Shown here: positions 1-11,900 of the stretch, one piece after another | How the letters are laid out: the number at the start of each line of letters is the position of its first letter | Position numbering within the stretch: position 1 is the first letter of the stretch | Assembly: GCA_949358305.1 (NCBI GenBank) | Contig: OX442314.1 | Location: 26,598,001-26,662,000 of the forward strand | Length of the DNA: 64,000 nt | Origin: Strigamia acuminata | Taxonomy: Eukaryota | Direction of reading: 5' to 3' | Notes under the pieces: generated by a model | The model's input: the letters and a program-made list of their open reading frames with translations, nothing else | What the model was told of the DNA's origin: nothing | The model's database searches: none | Position numbers and translations under genes: made by a program

Positions 1-523
1 ACATTCTACCTTTTGTGGTAATATTTAATTACCAAAGAGATAAAGACAACATTGCTACTTAAACGATAACCTACGCGAGATAGGCAAAGTCCGTGTGCGC
101 TGAGTGAATTGTTGTAGAATTTCTTGTGCCAAACCAATGTCTGAAAACCAGAAAGCTGACCCAGTTTTTTGGTTTTCCCAACGACATGAAAACTGTAAGT
201 GTTGTATTTTCTTGTACTACCGTATATCTTCCAATTGTCCGCGGGTCTCTATTTGCCAGCGGACCTCGATTAACCCGCGGGGAAAAAATCTTTGGTGTAA
301 ATACTTGTGGTCCCAAGTGATAACAATCATTTCAACAGCATTGTGCAACTGACCCCTAATATTTCTCTGGCCAAAAAGGCAGTCACTTTAGTGTTTCCCA
401 CTTGTGGAGTAATATTAATATTCTTTTTGAAAGGCATAAAACTAATTCCAATGGTCACTTTATTGTACTACAATGGAAAACATGTCTTTCAGTCTTTCAG
501 TGCATGTTGTGCAGGGTTGAAGT

Positions 524-2850
524 ATGGCTATGTTTAAAGTTTCTGTAACAACAATTTTTTACCTATATTTTATTTCATGTTGGAATTTACATTCGGGTAA
601 GTGTCATTAAATTGATGAATTCATTTTAAACAAGTGTTCTCTGTTGATGTTCACTTCTACAGTGGACCCAAAAATTTGATTTTATGTTCTAGTTAAACAA
701 TGAAATTACATTTTTAGGTGTTGCTGATACAAAAAACCAACATTATTTTCATTTTCATCAAACATGCAAGGCTATACACATAGTGGAAATGTTGAATACC
801 AGAAGTGTCCTATTCATCTATGATGAAGGTAAATACAATTTCAAATCTGACAGAAATTATACTCTTGTTCGACTCAAAAGTATGCCCTTCTCCCATTGGC
901 CGAGCCGTATCACTGGTGTAGTGATCCAAAAATGTAGACCCAAACACCAGTTATATGTGCATAGAAATGTTATTTCTTCAAAGGAAGTAACATTTCTTGA
1001 TACAAATAATCGAAATTATGTCAACCTAAATGGTTAGAGCAATCACAAATCATAATAAAAATAAAAACTACTTCTCCTAGTGGTAGTAATACAAACTTGA
1101 GGTAGGAGTAATGTGGCTCGGCCAATGGGAGAAAAGCATACTTTGGAGTCGAACAAGAGTATAGTGATAATAATGAAACACTGGCCCATTTATCTGATAC
1201 TCCGTATGATTTATTGAGTGTCAAACATTAACTTAACAATAACTTTCTTATAAAAAAGTTTGAATTATTGCTAAGTTAATGTTTGACATCATTACCATTA
1301 CCTGTGAATATCTGTACTGATGGGGGTCCAAAAACTTCTCCTAATCCATCATAAATGTGGCAATAGACTCTTTATGTATAAGAAAACTCCCAGAACGTGT
1401 TTTGCTTTTTTGAACCAAAACATTTTCACCTGTCGGTGTCGACAGATACTTTTAAAAGAACTGTGAGGTCTGTAAACTGGGCCAATTTGGTCTATGGTTA
1501 TGGCATGCGTGTCTTGGCAAGTGATCTAACTCATCAATCCGGACAATCACCTCCTGTTTAAAAAAAAAAGACCGTCCTCATTAGATCAGGATTAACCTGA
1601 CAGAAATTGTCCAATAGCGGTATGTTAGAGGTCGAAATTGGCTTCTTTCGTCGTCTGCTATTGATGTTTCGTGCGTGTGCGCTTGTTTCAGCGTTGATGT
1701 ATTATTAATTCCGACTTTGCATTGTACGTAAGAATGCAACTATTAAAGAGTTCATCCCTAAAATTTTCCAAATTTTTTAAGCAGTTATAAGAAAATTTGT
1801 AAAAAGTAGTGTTAACGTAATGGAAAAGTAACAGTAAAGAAACGGCAACTAACTTAACTAACTAATAAAAGTAACAATACCGAGTGGTAACTAGTTACTT
1901 TTTTGGCTAAATAACGATAATACTAACTAGTAATTGTTGCAATGAAAGGCTGTAATATCTTGTAAATTTACAACGTATTTCAGTTCCACAACAATTCATA
2001 TGCCTCCAAGTAATTTTTTAAGTCAAATGATGAAATAAGAGATTCATTGCTAACCATAGTAATCAAGGATGTCATTATGAAGCGTCCATATTTTCTCCTT
2101 AAAAGCGGTGAAATTGGACAATACAAATACTCGTAAGTTATATTGCTTGTTGACACAACCAAGCTTTGAACATTCAATCCAATTGCTAACCTTGTCTTGT
2201 TGCTAGTTAAGGTACACTGGTGTGCCTGCAATATGCTTACTTGGTCGACTACCATTGCCTATTATAATAATCTGATAATTTCATTTTAGACTTCAACAAC
2301 TCGATAAAAATATTCAGTTTATTGCTATTTCTATTCACTTTTTGCATCATGTCAGCTTATAATGCAGTTCTCTACGCTTCTTTTACTGTAAAGCCAAGAA
2401 CCAATGCGTTCGAAACCTTAGAAGATTTAATAAAAGATGGAGGATTTATGTTCTACGCCCATCAAAAGTTCCAAATCCATGCAATTGCAAAAGTAACATC
2501 CATTTTCTTTTTCCAAATTTTATTTTTAACCATGAATATTTGTAGCATGCCATAGCAGGCCACCTCAAAGTTTTACATCATTTAATGAGTAAAAGTCTAA
2601 ATGTTGGGAAAATATCCAATTTCGAAGATATTTTTGAATCCGTCTTATCAAAACGACACGCATTCATTCACTATATGAATTTATTCAAACACGACCTGCA
2701 ACACGATTGCAGACATCATCTAATTAAAATGCCCGATAGAATCGGTCTGCCAATAGGGTTTGGTAAAAGATCAAAATTTGTCGAAGTGTTCACCCAAAAG
2801 TAAGTGAGTGAAGGAATCGATCGATTCGTTTATACATTTCTCAATTTACT
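524..2850 (+). pseudogene. Divergent ionotropic receptor (IR) copy 1, internally deleted and 3'-truncated
   Basis: Retains signal-peptide exon 524-596, exon 2 (~718-828), the end of the M1 exon (~2110-2132), the M3 exon (SAYNAVLYASFT, ~2290-2492) and the S2 exon (~2547-2799). These are near-identical to the intact copy at 32212-35062. Exons 3-7 and the M4 exon are absent. Confidence 0.8.
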
Positions 2851-3260
2851 CGTTTACAAGCGTGTAAAGTAACTTGCACGCGTATTTTACGGGCCCCCAA
2901 AAATACAGAAAACTTAAAAAATCAAAATGTACAAAATAAGCAAAAATTTATTTTATTTCGGTTGAAATTTTGTGCAATTTCTGTTACCAGTGCCGGAACA
3001 AACAGCACGGTGTATCGGTCCAATACAATTCAAATAACAGTCTACATTTATTTTGATTTCGGCTATTCAAACGATAATTTAATCTTTAAATCGTGTGGTA
3101 AATCGGCAAACGCGCTCTATTGTTTCTTGTTTTTAATAACGAAAAAACTTCTCACTTATAAGATAAATCTAGATAAACAATTTACAAAAGTTAATTCAAA
3201 ATCGAATGTATTTTTATTTATTGTAACATTAATTTTGGTTTTCCCCTCCATAAATCGTGT

Positions 3261-3276
3261 GGCCCTAAAAAGAGCC
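3261..3276 (-). promoter_or_regulatory. Histone mRNA 3' stem-loop, followed by a purine-rich HDE-like element (~3240-3250)
   Basis: Minus strand reads GGCTCT-TTTT-AGGGCC about 42 nt after the H2A stop, then GGAGGGGAAAA. Matches the metazoan replication-dependent histone stem-loop. Confidence 0.9.
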
Positions 3277-3318
3277 GATCGCTGCATCTATAACGAAACC
3301 GTATTCCCTTCCCACTTT

Positions 3319-3702
3319 TCACTTCTTGTCGGTCTTATCGGTCTTCTTTGGCAAAAGAATGGCCTGAATGTTGGGCATAACGCCACCCTCCGCAATCGTA
3401 ACACTCGACAACAACTTAGCGAACTCCTCGTCGTTCCGTATGGCCATCTGGAGGTGTCGAGGAATTATCCGCGACTTCTTGTTGTCTCTCGCGGCGTTTC
3501 CAGCTAACTCCATAACTTCGGCCACCAGATACTCCAAGACCGCAGCCAAGTAGACCGGAGCTCCAGCACCGATACGATCGGCATACTTTCCCTTGCGGAG
3601 TAAACGATGGATTCGACCGACGGGGAACGAAAGGCCGGCGCGCGAAGACCGCGATTTGCTCTTCGACTTGACACTGATGTTTCCTTTACCTCGACCAGAC
3701 AT
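3319..3702 (-). CDS. H2A: Histone H2A, divergent, intronless, 127 aa
   Basis: MSGRGK...[22 protein letters not shown]...[10 protein letters not shown]...[17 protein letters not shown]...LLPKKT. True start is the ATG at 3702, inside the 3319..3792 ORF. CCAAT box at ~3789-3793 and 3' stem-loop present. Confidence 0.97.
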   Translation of the reverse strand: MSGRGKGNISVKSKSKSRSSRAGLSFPVGRIHRLLRKGKYADRIGAGAPVYLAAVLEYLVAEVMELAGNAARDNKKSRIIPRHLQMAIRNDEEFAKLLSSVTIAEGGVMPNIQAILLPKKTDKTDKK

Positions 3703-3935
3703 GACTGTATATGAATGAAAATCAAACGCTGAATGACAATGAACCAAATGAAACCGACTTGTACAGTCGGTTTTGAGATACCTATGAGCCAATCACAGGC
3801 CACACGAGTCCAGAACGATCTTAAAACGTCACCAACCAATTGTATCGTTGGACCCTACCGGTAATGGTATTGTCATTTGACTGTTGGACACGTAGGATTT
3901 TGATTTTAAAATTGTGTTTTGTTTATTAGTTAATC

Positions 3936-4080
3936 ATGGGTTTGGGCAAAAAGAAAAGCCAGAGAAAATGAACGCAGAAAGCGACAAGCGCTGGATGCTA
4001 AATTCGAATGTCCGTTTTGTAATCAACTGTGTAAATAGAGTCTTTAATTGTAAAATGGAATTTCAAGTTGAGACACATCA
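3936..4080 (+). pseudogene. Degenerate ELOF1/Elf1-like zinc-ribbon fragment
   Basis: ATG MGLGKKKSQRK*, then in another frame RQALDAKFECPFCNQ, then CKMEFQVET. Resembles ELOF1 (MGRRKSKRK...LxTxFxCPFCNH...CxxxFQT) with stops and frameshifts. Confidence 0.45.
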
Positions 4081-4523
4081 GTACAGGTTTTCCTTATACT
4101 GTAGTTCTTTTCCAATTTGTTCCAGATATTTAGTTTCACATTTTGGTGCAAAAATGAAACTGAATTTTTCAGAAATCCTACGTCATCTCAATTCCACAGT
4201 TCTAGAATATGAATCTAAATTGCCGCGCTAACATTTCTTGTTGAAATTGACTTGTGTTCACACTATTACAAATTTTGCAAAAACATTTGAGAGAATTTTC
4301 TCCACGCAAAGATGAAACACCTGTCTAGAATACATACGCCATTTTTTTCTTTTTGCGTAATTTTACAAATACAAATACAAATAACACCGGTAATAAAAAT
4401 AAATAATAATAGTTAATACGAAAATTACTCTAGCAATACAATACAATTTTTACCCACAAAAAAATCAATTTTTACACGCAAAAAAAATCAATTTTTATGC
4501 ATAAAAAGTCAATCGACTACGAA

Positions 4524-4765
4524 CACCTGACACCTGACGCCGACGTTTGACACCTAACATTTAGTTTTGGTGAAAAGGGAGAATCAGATGCCAGAAACCT
4601 GACACCTGACAGTTAGTCCAAAATAGTCAGCGGCCTGACACCTGACGCCCGACATTTGACGCCTGACATTTAGTTTTGGTGAAAAGGGAGAATCAGATGC
4701 CTGACACCTGACAGTTAGTCCAAAATAGTCAGCGGCCTGACACCCGACGTCTGACACCTGACGTT
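4524..4765. repeat. Tandem repeat, ~110-bp unit x2, built on CCTGACA micro-repeats
   Basis: Repeated 'cacctgacacctgac...tttagttttggtgaaaagggagaatcagatgcc...acagttagtccaaaatagtcagcggcc'. Confidence 0.8.
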
Positions 4766-4906
4766 TCGACCATCCCCTGTGCAAACACCTCTCCTTCAAA
4801 TTTGCCTGTGCCAAACCAATGTCTGAGAACCAGGAAGCTGACCCAGTTGTTTAGTTTTCTCAACGACATAAAAACTGTAAGTGTTGTATTATCTTAGACA
4901 ATGCAT

Positions 4907-5558
4907 TGTCACGATTAATCCGGTTGGTATAGAATTAAGTTAACAAATAATCGCGCAAAGTTATTCGCGCAATGGGTCCAGGTCCGTGGGACATCTTTAT
5001 AATGGCCGCCGTTCAATTCGGATGTCAGGCGATTAGAAATCCAGGCTCGCTGGTAGACAACACTATTTTATATTTACAAGATCCGGCCTACTTATGGTTA
5101 AAGTAAAAAGAAATGTAAACAAACTCAGACTTCAGGTTGGGGTGGAGAATTATCACTGAACATCATGGTAAAATAGTGGCACTTAATGGCACGATACGGT
5201 TAGATTTGGATGGGAATGCACTAGTTTAAGGCGCGAGGTTATCAAAAGAAAAGTAACATTCTCGCTCTATTGTCTAAAGGGTAGAACCTTGTTGACAGGT
5301 TGAGTAGAGGTAGAGAAGTGTTGATTTGGTGGTAAGGAGGCCCAGAAGTCACCTCTGATCACATGATTGACAGGTGTGTCAATTGTGATCAGGGGTGGGG
5401 CAGAAACAAAAAGATGATTTTTGAAGTAATGAAAACTAGAGATGAGTTGGCAATTTTTAAAGAAAATAAGTGAAATAAAAATAAAATAGAAATTAGAATG
5501 AAAAGTAGGGATAATTCGAAATAAAAAATGGGGAGGGGTCAGAACCATGAACGTGACA
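4907..5558 (-). mobile_element. Probable solo LTR of a Gypsy family related to Gypsy-A
   Basis: TGTCACG...CGTGACA inverted termini, 652 bp, flanked by GCAT/TCAT (4-bp TSD with one mismatch). Minus-strand start and pyrimidine-rich composition resemble the Gypsy-A LTR. Absent from the paralogous segment at ~125-600. Confidence 0.6.
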
Positions 5559-5971
5559 TCATGCAGTTTTTAATTCCCGATAAGTTCTGTGTAATTTCTT
5601 CAAATCATACTGGATTATGCCACCTCTTATTGCTTCTCGTTTGTCTATTGTTTTCGATGATGCAATACACCACTGGTGATTTGCTTAAAATAAAACAACC
5701 GTATTCAAATTTCCATGATATTAGATCCAGTTTTCCCTCTCTTTACTCGGCTCTGATAATGGAGTTATCTAATCATTCTAGTGGTCACAAGTGATAACAA
5801 TCATTTCAAAATACAACAACATCGTGCAACTGACCCCTAATATTTCTCTTGCCAAAAAGGCAGTCACTTTAGTTAATATTCTTTTTTCTAATTACAGTGG
5901 TCACTGTGTTGTACTACAATAGAAAACGTATGTCTTTCAGTCTTTCAGTGCATGTTGTGCAGGATTGAAGT

Positions 5972-8900
5972 ATGGATATGTTTAAAGTTTCTGCTACATC
6001 AATTCTTTATCTATATTTTATTTCGTGTTGGAATTTACATTCGAGTAAGTGTCATTAAATTGATGAATTCATTTTAAACAAGTGTCCTCTGTTGATGTTC
6101 ACTTCCACAGTGTACACAAAAATTGGATTTTATGTTCTAGTTAAACAAAGCAATAACATTTTTAGATGTTGCTGATACAAAACACGAACATTATTTTCAT
6201 TTTCATCAGACATGTAAGGCTATACACATACTGGAAATGTTGAATGCCAGAAGCGTCCTACTCATCTACGATAAAGGTACAGTAAATACAGTTTCAAATC
6301 TGACAGAAGTTAGGGATAATGATGAAACACTGGCTCATTTATCTTAAATGATCTATTGAGTGTCAAACATTAACTTAGCAATAATTCAAACATTGAATAT
6401 ATGTACGGATGGGGGTCCAAAAACTTCTCCTAATCCAGGACGTGTAAACCAGGATAGTTTTGCTTTTTTTGAATCAAAACATTTTCACCTGTCGATTAAA
6501 GAGTTAATCCCAAAAATTGTCCCTATTTTGTAATAGGTTGTATAAAAATTTAATGCTAATTACCCACTTGGGGTGTATTGGCACTATACAAGGAATTCTT
6601 TAAGCCAAATGGCTGAAATAAGAGATTGATTCACTGCAAAAAAAATTAGATTTTCGTCCATAAAATATTTTGGAAATATAACTGAAATATAAAATTTCCA
6701 AACCCGGAAGTTATATTTCCAAATTGTACAGAACATCAAATTTCCAATGACTTTCCAACACTGAATGCAACCATTTCCAAATGACTTTTCATAGCATGAT
6801 ATATTAAATTTCCAAACAGTTAAACACATATTTCTTAACCAGTAAAGTTAAGATTTCCAAATTGGTATATTTTTTTGGATCACTAAACAAGTGAAATGAC
6901 TCGACCGATGGAAAATAGGCCACTCTTATGGTGAGACAAAGTATAGTCCACACTTTGTAATGAAGCTAAGAGGAGGAACACCAAAAACTCTGGCCTGTCT
7001 ATTTTATTATCCCAATCTGAGGACAAGATATGGAATACCATCCCAACCACTTTATAGCTTGTTTGCTGTAATTTAAGTCAAAATAAATTATTTCTGATAT
7101 TACAGAATTCGTTTCTTCTGCATTTCTGAAATGGCCATACACAACTAAACTTACAACATTACAATTGTCTGGTAATAAAAATACATCAACAATTTTACCA
7201 GATCACCGCTTTGATTTATTACTCGTCTGGTTGAAACATCCAGTCAACCTGATCAAGATACTTGAAAATGAAGTAATCTGTGCAATACTTTACAAGTAGA
7301 AAACCATTATTCATAAATTCTGTTGCAGGCATTTCAATCACCTTTTGTGATTGAGAAAAAAACGATCGTATTTCTGTTAGATGATTATTCTCAAGCTGAT
7401 TTCACTATGAGAATACAAGACCTGTTAATTTGGAAGCAAAACCAAATCATTTTTCTTACGGATACCAAAAACAATACTTGTCAGGTTATACAGTACCGTA
7501 TTTCAAAATAAAGTGCACCGAGTAGAATAGTAAAAACATAACTTATTAAACACCAAAGATGATTTTTTTATTTAAAAACTTATACACTACAGGGCACTTG
7601 ACTTTTAATTTGTGTGTAATGTTGAATTGTTGATTAATTTAACAGAATTTTAAAATGATTTCAATGAAATATGTGGAAAGCATAAACTCCCTTGCAAAAT
7701 GTGATGTACAAATATCTTGTACAGCAAAATTATGTATCCCAAGCATAATTTCAACTCAAATAATTCCATCTTTCTATTACAATATCTCTATAGGAATTTT
7801 TCCTGTGAGTAAGATACGAAGAATCTAAACTTGTATTAATTTTTAATGATTTATTTCCAGTATATACCTGAGGCAATTGTGTTTAAAAAATATGACAATG
7901 GAACAATTTTGTTTCGTGGATTTGTCTATGACTTATTGATTTCCTACCTCTGTCCCATGATGAAATTAAGGTTTCTGTCTTTAAATAGAGAAACTACTGA
8001 ACTAAAACTAATTTTTCATGTAAATAGCGTCATCGAAGTGTATGCAGACCATTTAAATAATGAAGTAATCCGTGAAATGATAATTCAAAAAGTAAATATG
8101 CAAAAAAAAATCTATTTACATTACAAACAGGGCGCTCTTTACTAAAGCAGCAAAGCCTGTTTAAAAGCTTTGCTGGAGTTTTAAGGGGCACCAATTTTGC
8201 AAGATGAATAACTAATTAAATAAATGATGAATCAATACAAATTTCATCTGAGATTTACTTTACTATCAGATAAACAAAGTCACAAATTTTCAGCAAAAAA
8301 AATGGATAGGAAAAAAATTTTCCTATTCAAGAAAGAGCTTGTCCCTAAATCCGTATAGCCTTATGCCTCCAAGGGTTAAACTTGACGTCACAACTTTTGC
8401 AGTTGTGACGCCCCATTGTGTCATGCGACTATTTTTGGGCTGACGTTCACAAAAAATGGCTGCCAACAGCACGTCGTGACACTTGTACAAAACTATCCTG
8501 AAGTGTGAACAACTGATTTCAGATTTGTAGAACTTAGACTTTTAGAAAATCAAACGTTCTAGAAAAGTGGTTTAAGTGTGAACCACACATAAATTAAGCT
8601 TAAAGATTGTCATTGAATGGCAAATTTGAGGTCAGCATTGATTTTCTCTCAACAAATTTCTACCCAAGGATAGTTTTCAATTATCAAAATTCAAATAAAG
8701 TATTGTCTAATTATTATTTTACGTATTTTCTTAGAAAGTTGATACAAGCACTACACCCTACATTATGACATCAGGTGATGTTCTTTATGTAGACACTGCA
8801 GCTTTAGAAATAAAGTATGATCATTTGGCAATTGCAGTAGTACTTGCATATCAAATCGAAGACTTCATGTGGTTCACATTCGTCAAACCATTCAGTTGTA

Positions 8901-11900
8901 ACATGTGGATTTGCTCAATTATGCTTAGCATTTTGTTAAAATTTATTTTTGAAGCAATTTTCCACACAAATAAATTGGACAATACAAATACTCGTAAGTT
9001 ATAGTACAGTATAGCTTGTTGACAGAGACCAAGCAAGCCAGTTCTGAACATTCAACCTAATCGCTAGACCCCGGATATGTATGCAAAAAAAATTTCGTTA
9101 TACAGTCGAAACTCTTTATAACAAATCGCACGGGACCGGACAAATCGATTCGTTATAATGAGAATTCGTTAAAAAGAATTAGCTGAAAAAAATAAAATTT
9201 TATCATAAACAACATTAGGGGGTTTCATTATATGAATGATTTTGCAATTTTGTGATTTTGCATTAATCACAAAATCATTATTTTTTGATGCCTCCAAAAA
9301 TGGGATTACATTGGATTAACCCAGTCAATTTTGCAATTGTGTGATCTGGACAACTTTGTGATTTTTGAGTATTGCCATGTGATATCTGTTCTACCAATCA
9401 CATTCACATTCAATAAAGTACAAGAGAGTAAAAACACAAAATCCCAAAAACATCTAAAAGGTAGTTTTTGTGATTTTGATAAGAAGTGATTTTGAGGCTT
9501 GTGAAACTCAAAACAAAATGGAGGCATCCAAGCTCTATCTAAGTGGCCAACTTGTATCCTTGTATATCATTAATATGCTGATGCATCCATGACTGTATAA
9601 CAGCTAGGAAACTCAATTAATGGCTCTGGTGCAATCTGTGAAACTTATATTTATTAAAATGTACCTTTTTAAAAAAAATTTTGTTCCATCACACAGGGTG
9701 AGTCCAAAGTCTGGAAACACCTTTTTTTCTTGAAAATAACCGAAGATATATCAATTCTATTGATGTAGGCATATAGGAAGTTGATGGTGGGCTATCCAGT
9801 GGTGATCTTAAATTTGACCCGGAAGGTCATCTTCAAGGTCATTCACTTTCTAACTTTTAAACCGTTTAAGATACAGCAAAATTTCCAATTACAAAGTTGT
9901 AGAGCACCATCAAATTAGTATTATGCAACTTATCTTAGTCACTTTAAGTAAAATTGTTTTTTTTAAAAAAATAAAAACAAATCAGCAAATTGAAAATTTT
10001 TATTCCTATAAAAATAAAATAATTTAGACATTAAAAAAAGACAGTGGTTTTACTTGTTTACTTACATAATAATGCAAATTTCAATACATTTATTGAAGAA
10101 ATTTAGTACTTTTGCAGTAGAAATTTAAGTTTTGTCACAATGGCTGGCTTTACTTCAGCTGATTTGTTTTCATTTTAAAATGAAAACATTTAAATTAAGA
10201 TGTCTAAGATAAATTGTATAGTACTAATTCGATCGTGTTCTACAACTTTGTAATTGGAAATTTTGCTGTATCTTAAACGGTTTAAAAGTTAGAAAGTGAA
10301 TGACCTTGAAGATGACCTTCTGGGTCAAATTTAAGGTTTCCACTGAATAGCCTACCATCGACTTCCTATATGGCCACAACAATAGAATTGACATATCTTT
10401 GGTCATTTGCAAGAAAAAAAGGTGTTTCCAGACTTTTGACTCACCCTGTAAAACTAGTTATTTTGCATCACATTTTAAAATTGGTTGGATATAACTAAAA
10501 CCCAATATGATGGATAGGAAGTCATGTGACTATTTAAATAATTGCAAAATTGCAAAATCATGAGATTGTTTTTGCAACTAATTGTTAATCACAATTTGTG
10601 ATGGCCACTTGGATTGAGCTTGGCTGCTGCCATTTTGCCAAAATAGCAAAACTACCTTTGATTTTGTGATTGTGTATTTTTTCTGTTTTGTGTTTTTGCA
10701 ATTATGCACACGATTGGTGGAACTGATATCATGTGACAAATCCAAAAGTGCAAAATTGCTAAAGTTGCAAAATTGCAAAATTGCTTAATTAATGAAACCC
10801 CCTATTATTTATTCATAAAATCATGTTAATTTTATCCCGATTCTTAAAAACTGTTGAAATTGTTAAAACGGGACAAATTAAACTCAACTGCTACAATTGG
10901 TAGCTTCTTGCCATTGTTAATGGCATTAAAAACGTTCAACTTGTCCTAAATCAAAATTTCTTTTCATTTGGCAGCCATTTTAAAACACAAAATTTTTCAT
11001 TTTTTCTAAATGTGTTCCTAACATGGGCATAAGATGTTGTGAGTCTTGTGATCAGTTTTGAAAATTCGTTATAACGAGGGCTTGTTGGTATTACAGTGTA
11101 CCTGAAAACTTGTTCGTTATAACGAATAATTCGTTATATCGAAATTCGTTATAACGAATATATTTAACATGGTGTTCTATGGCTGGCCAACCAAGTCATT
11201 TTCAATAATTCGTTATAGCGATAATTCGTTATATCGCGATTCGTTATAAAGAGTGTCACGGGCAGGTTACCCACCCTTCTTTTTATTCATTTCTAACTTA
11301 GACTGACCCAATCTTAAGTTTTCTTATTTTTTCCCAATCTTCCTTTTCATCTAACATCGATGAATCATCTCTAAATATATGCGCAGCTTCATTGCGCGCA
11401 TCTTATTATTTCCAACAATTAACCTTATTTTATACCTTTCACCCCTCATCCATTTCAATCGACCTGGTCACATGACTCATGTTTACCTGGTCACTACTTT
11501 TATCCATAATCCCCACTTCTCATACTTCTCTCAACGAGTTAACACCTCTTAGATTGAATTGAGTTTGTCCATCTTTATTTGCGCTTTAACACGCGCACCT
11601 TCTAATTTAACACTTAATAGCGCCTCTTTTTGCCCACCTTTTATCCCTTCGCATGCCTGTGACATCCTACGCCCACCCGCATATGAATATCACTGTGCAT
11701 ACTCATTCTTTTTAAACGTAAAGACCCACAACGTGAGATTGAGCCCGTCGAATATAAATAATGTGTGTTACAGCGAGTTAGGTTTATTCACCGTCCGATA
11801 TCCGCATATGACGATGGAACAAACAGAGTAAATCTACGAACTTTGCCCACTGGTTTGCGCTAACATCACCTTGCGCGTAAATTCAGATCAAATCAATTAA

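Noticed and set aside
2962..3507. 181-aa plus-strand ORF
   Set aside because: Antisense overlap with H2A plus AT-rich flank; no independent coding signal.
11559..11831. Near-identical 90-aa ORFs at 11559 and 21224
   Set aside because: They lie inside the two LTRs, so similarity reflects LTR duplication; non-ATG start and no motif.
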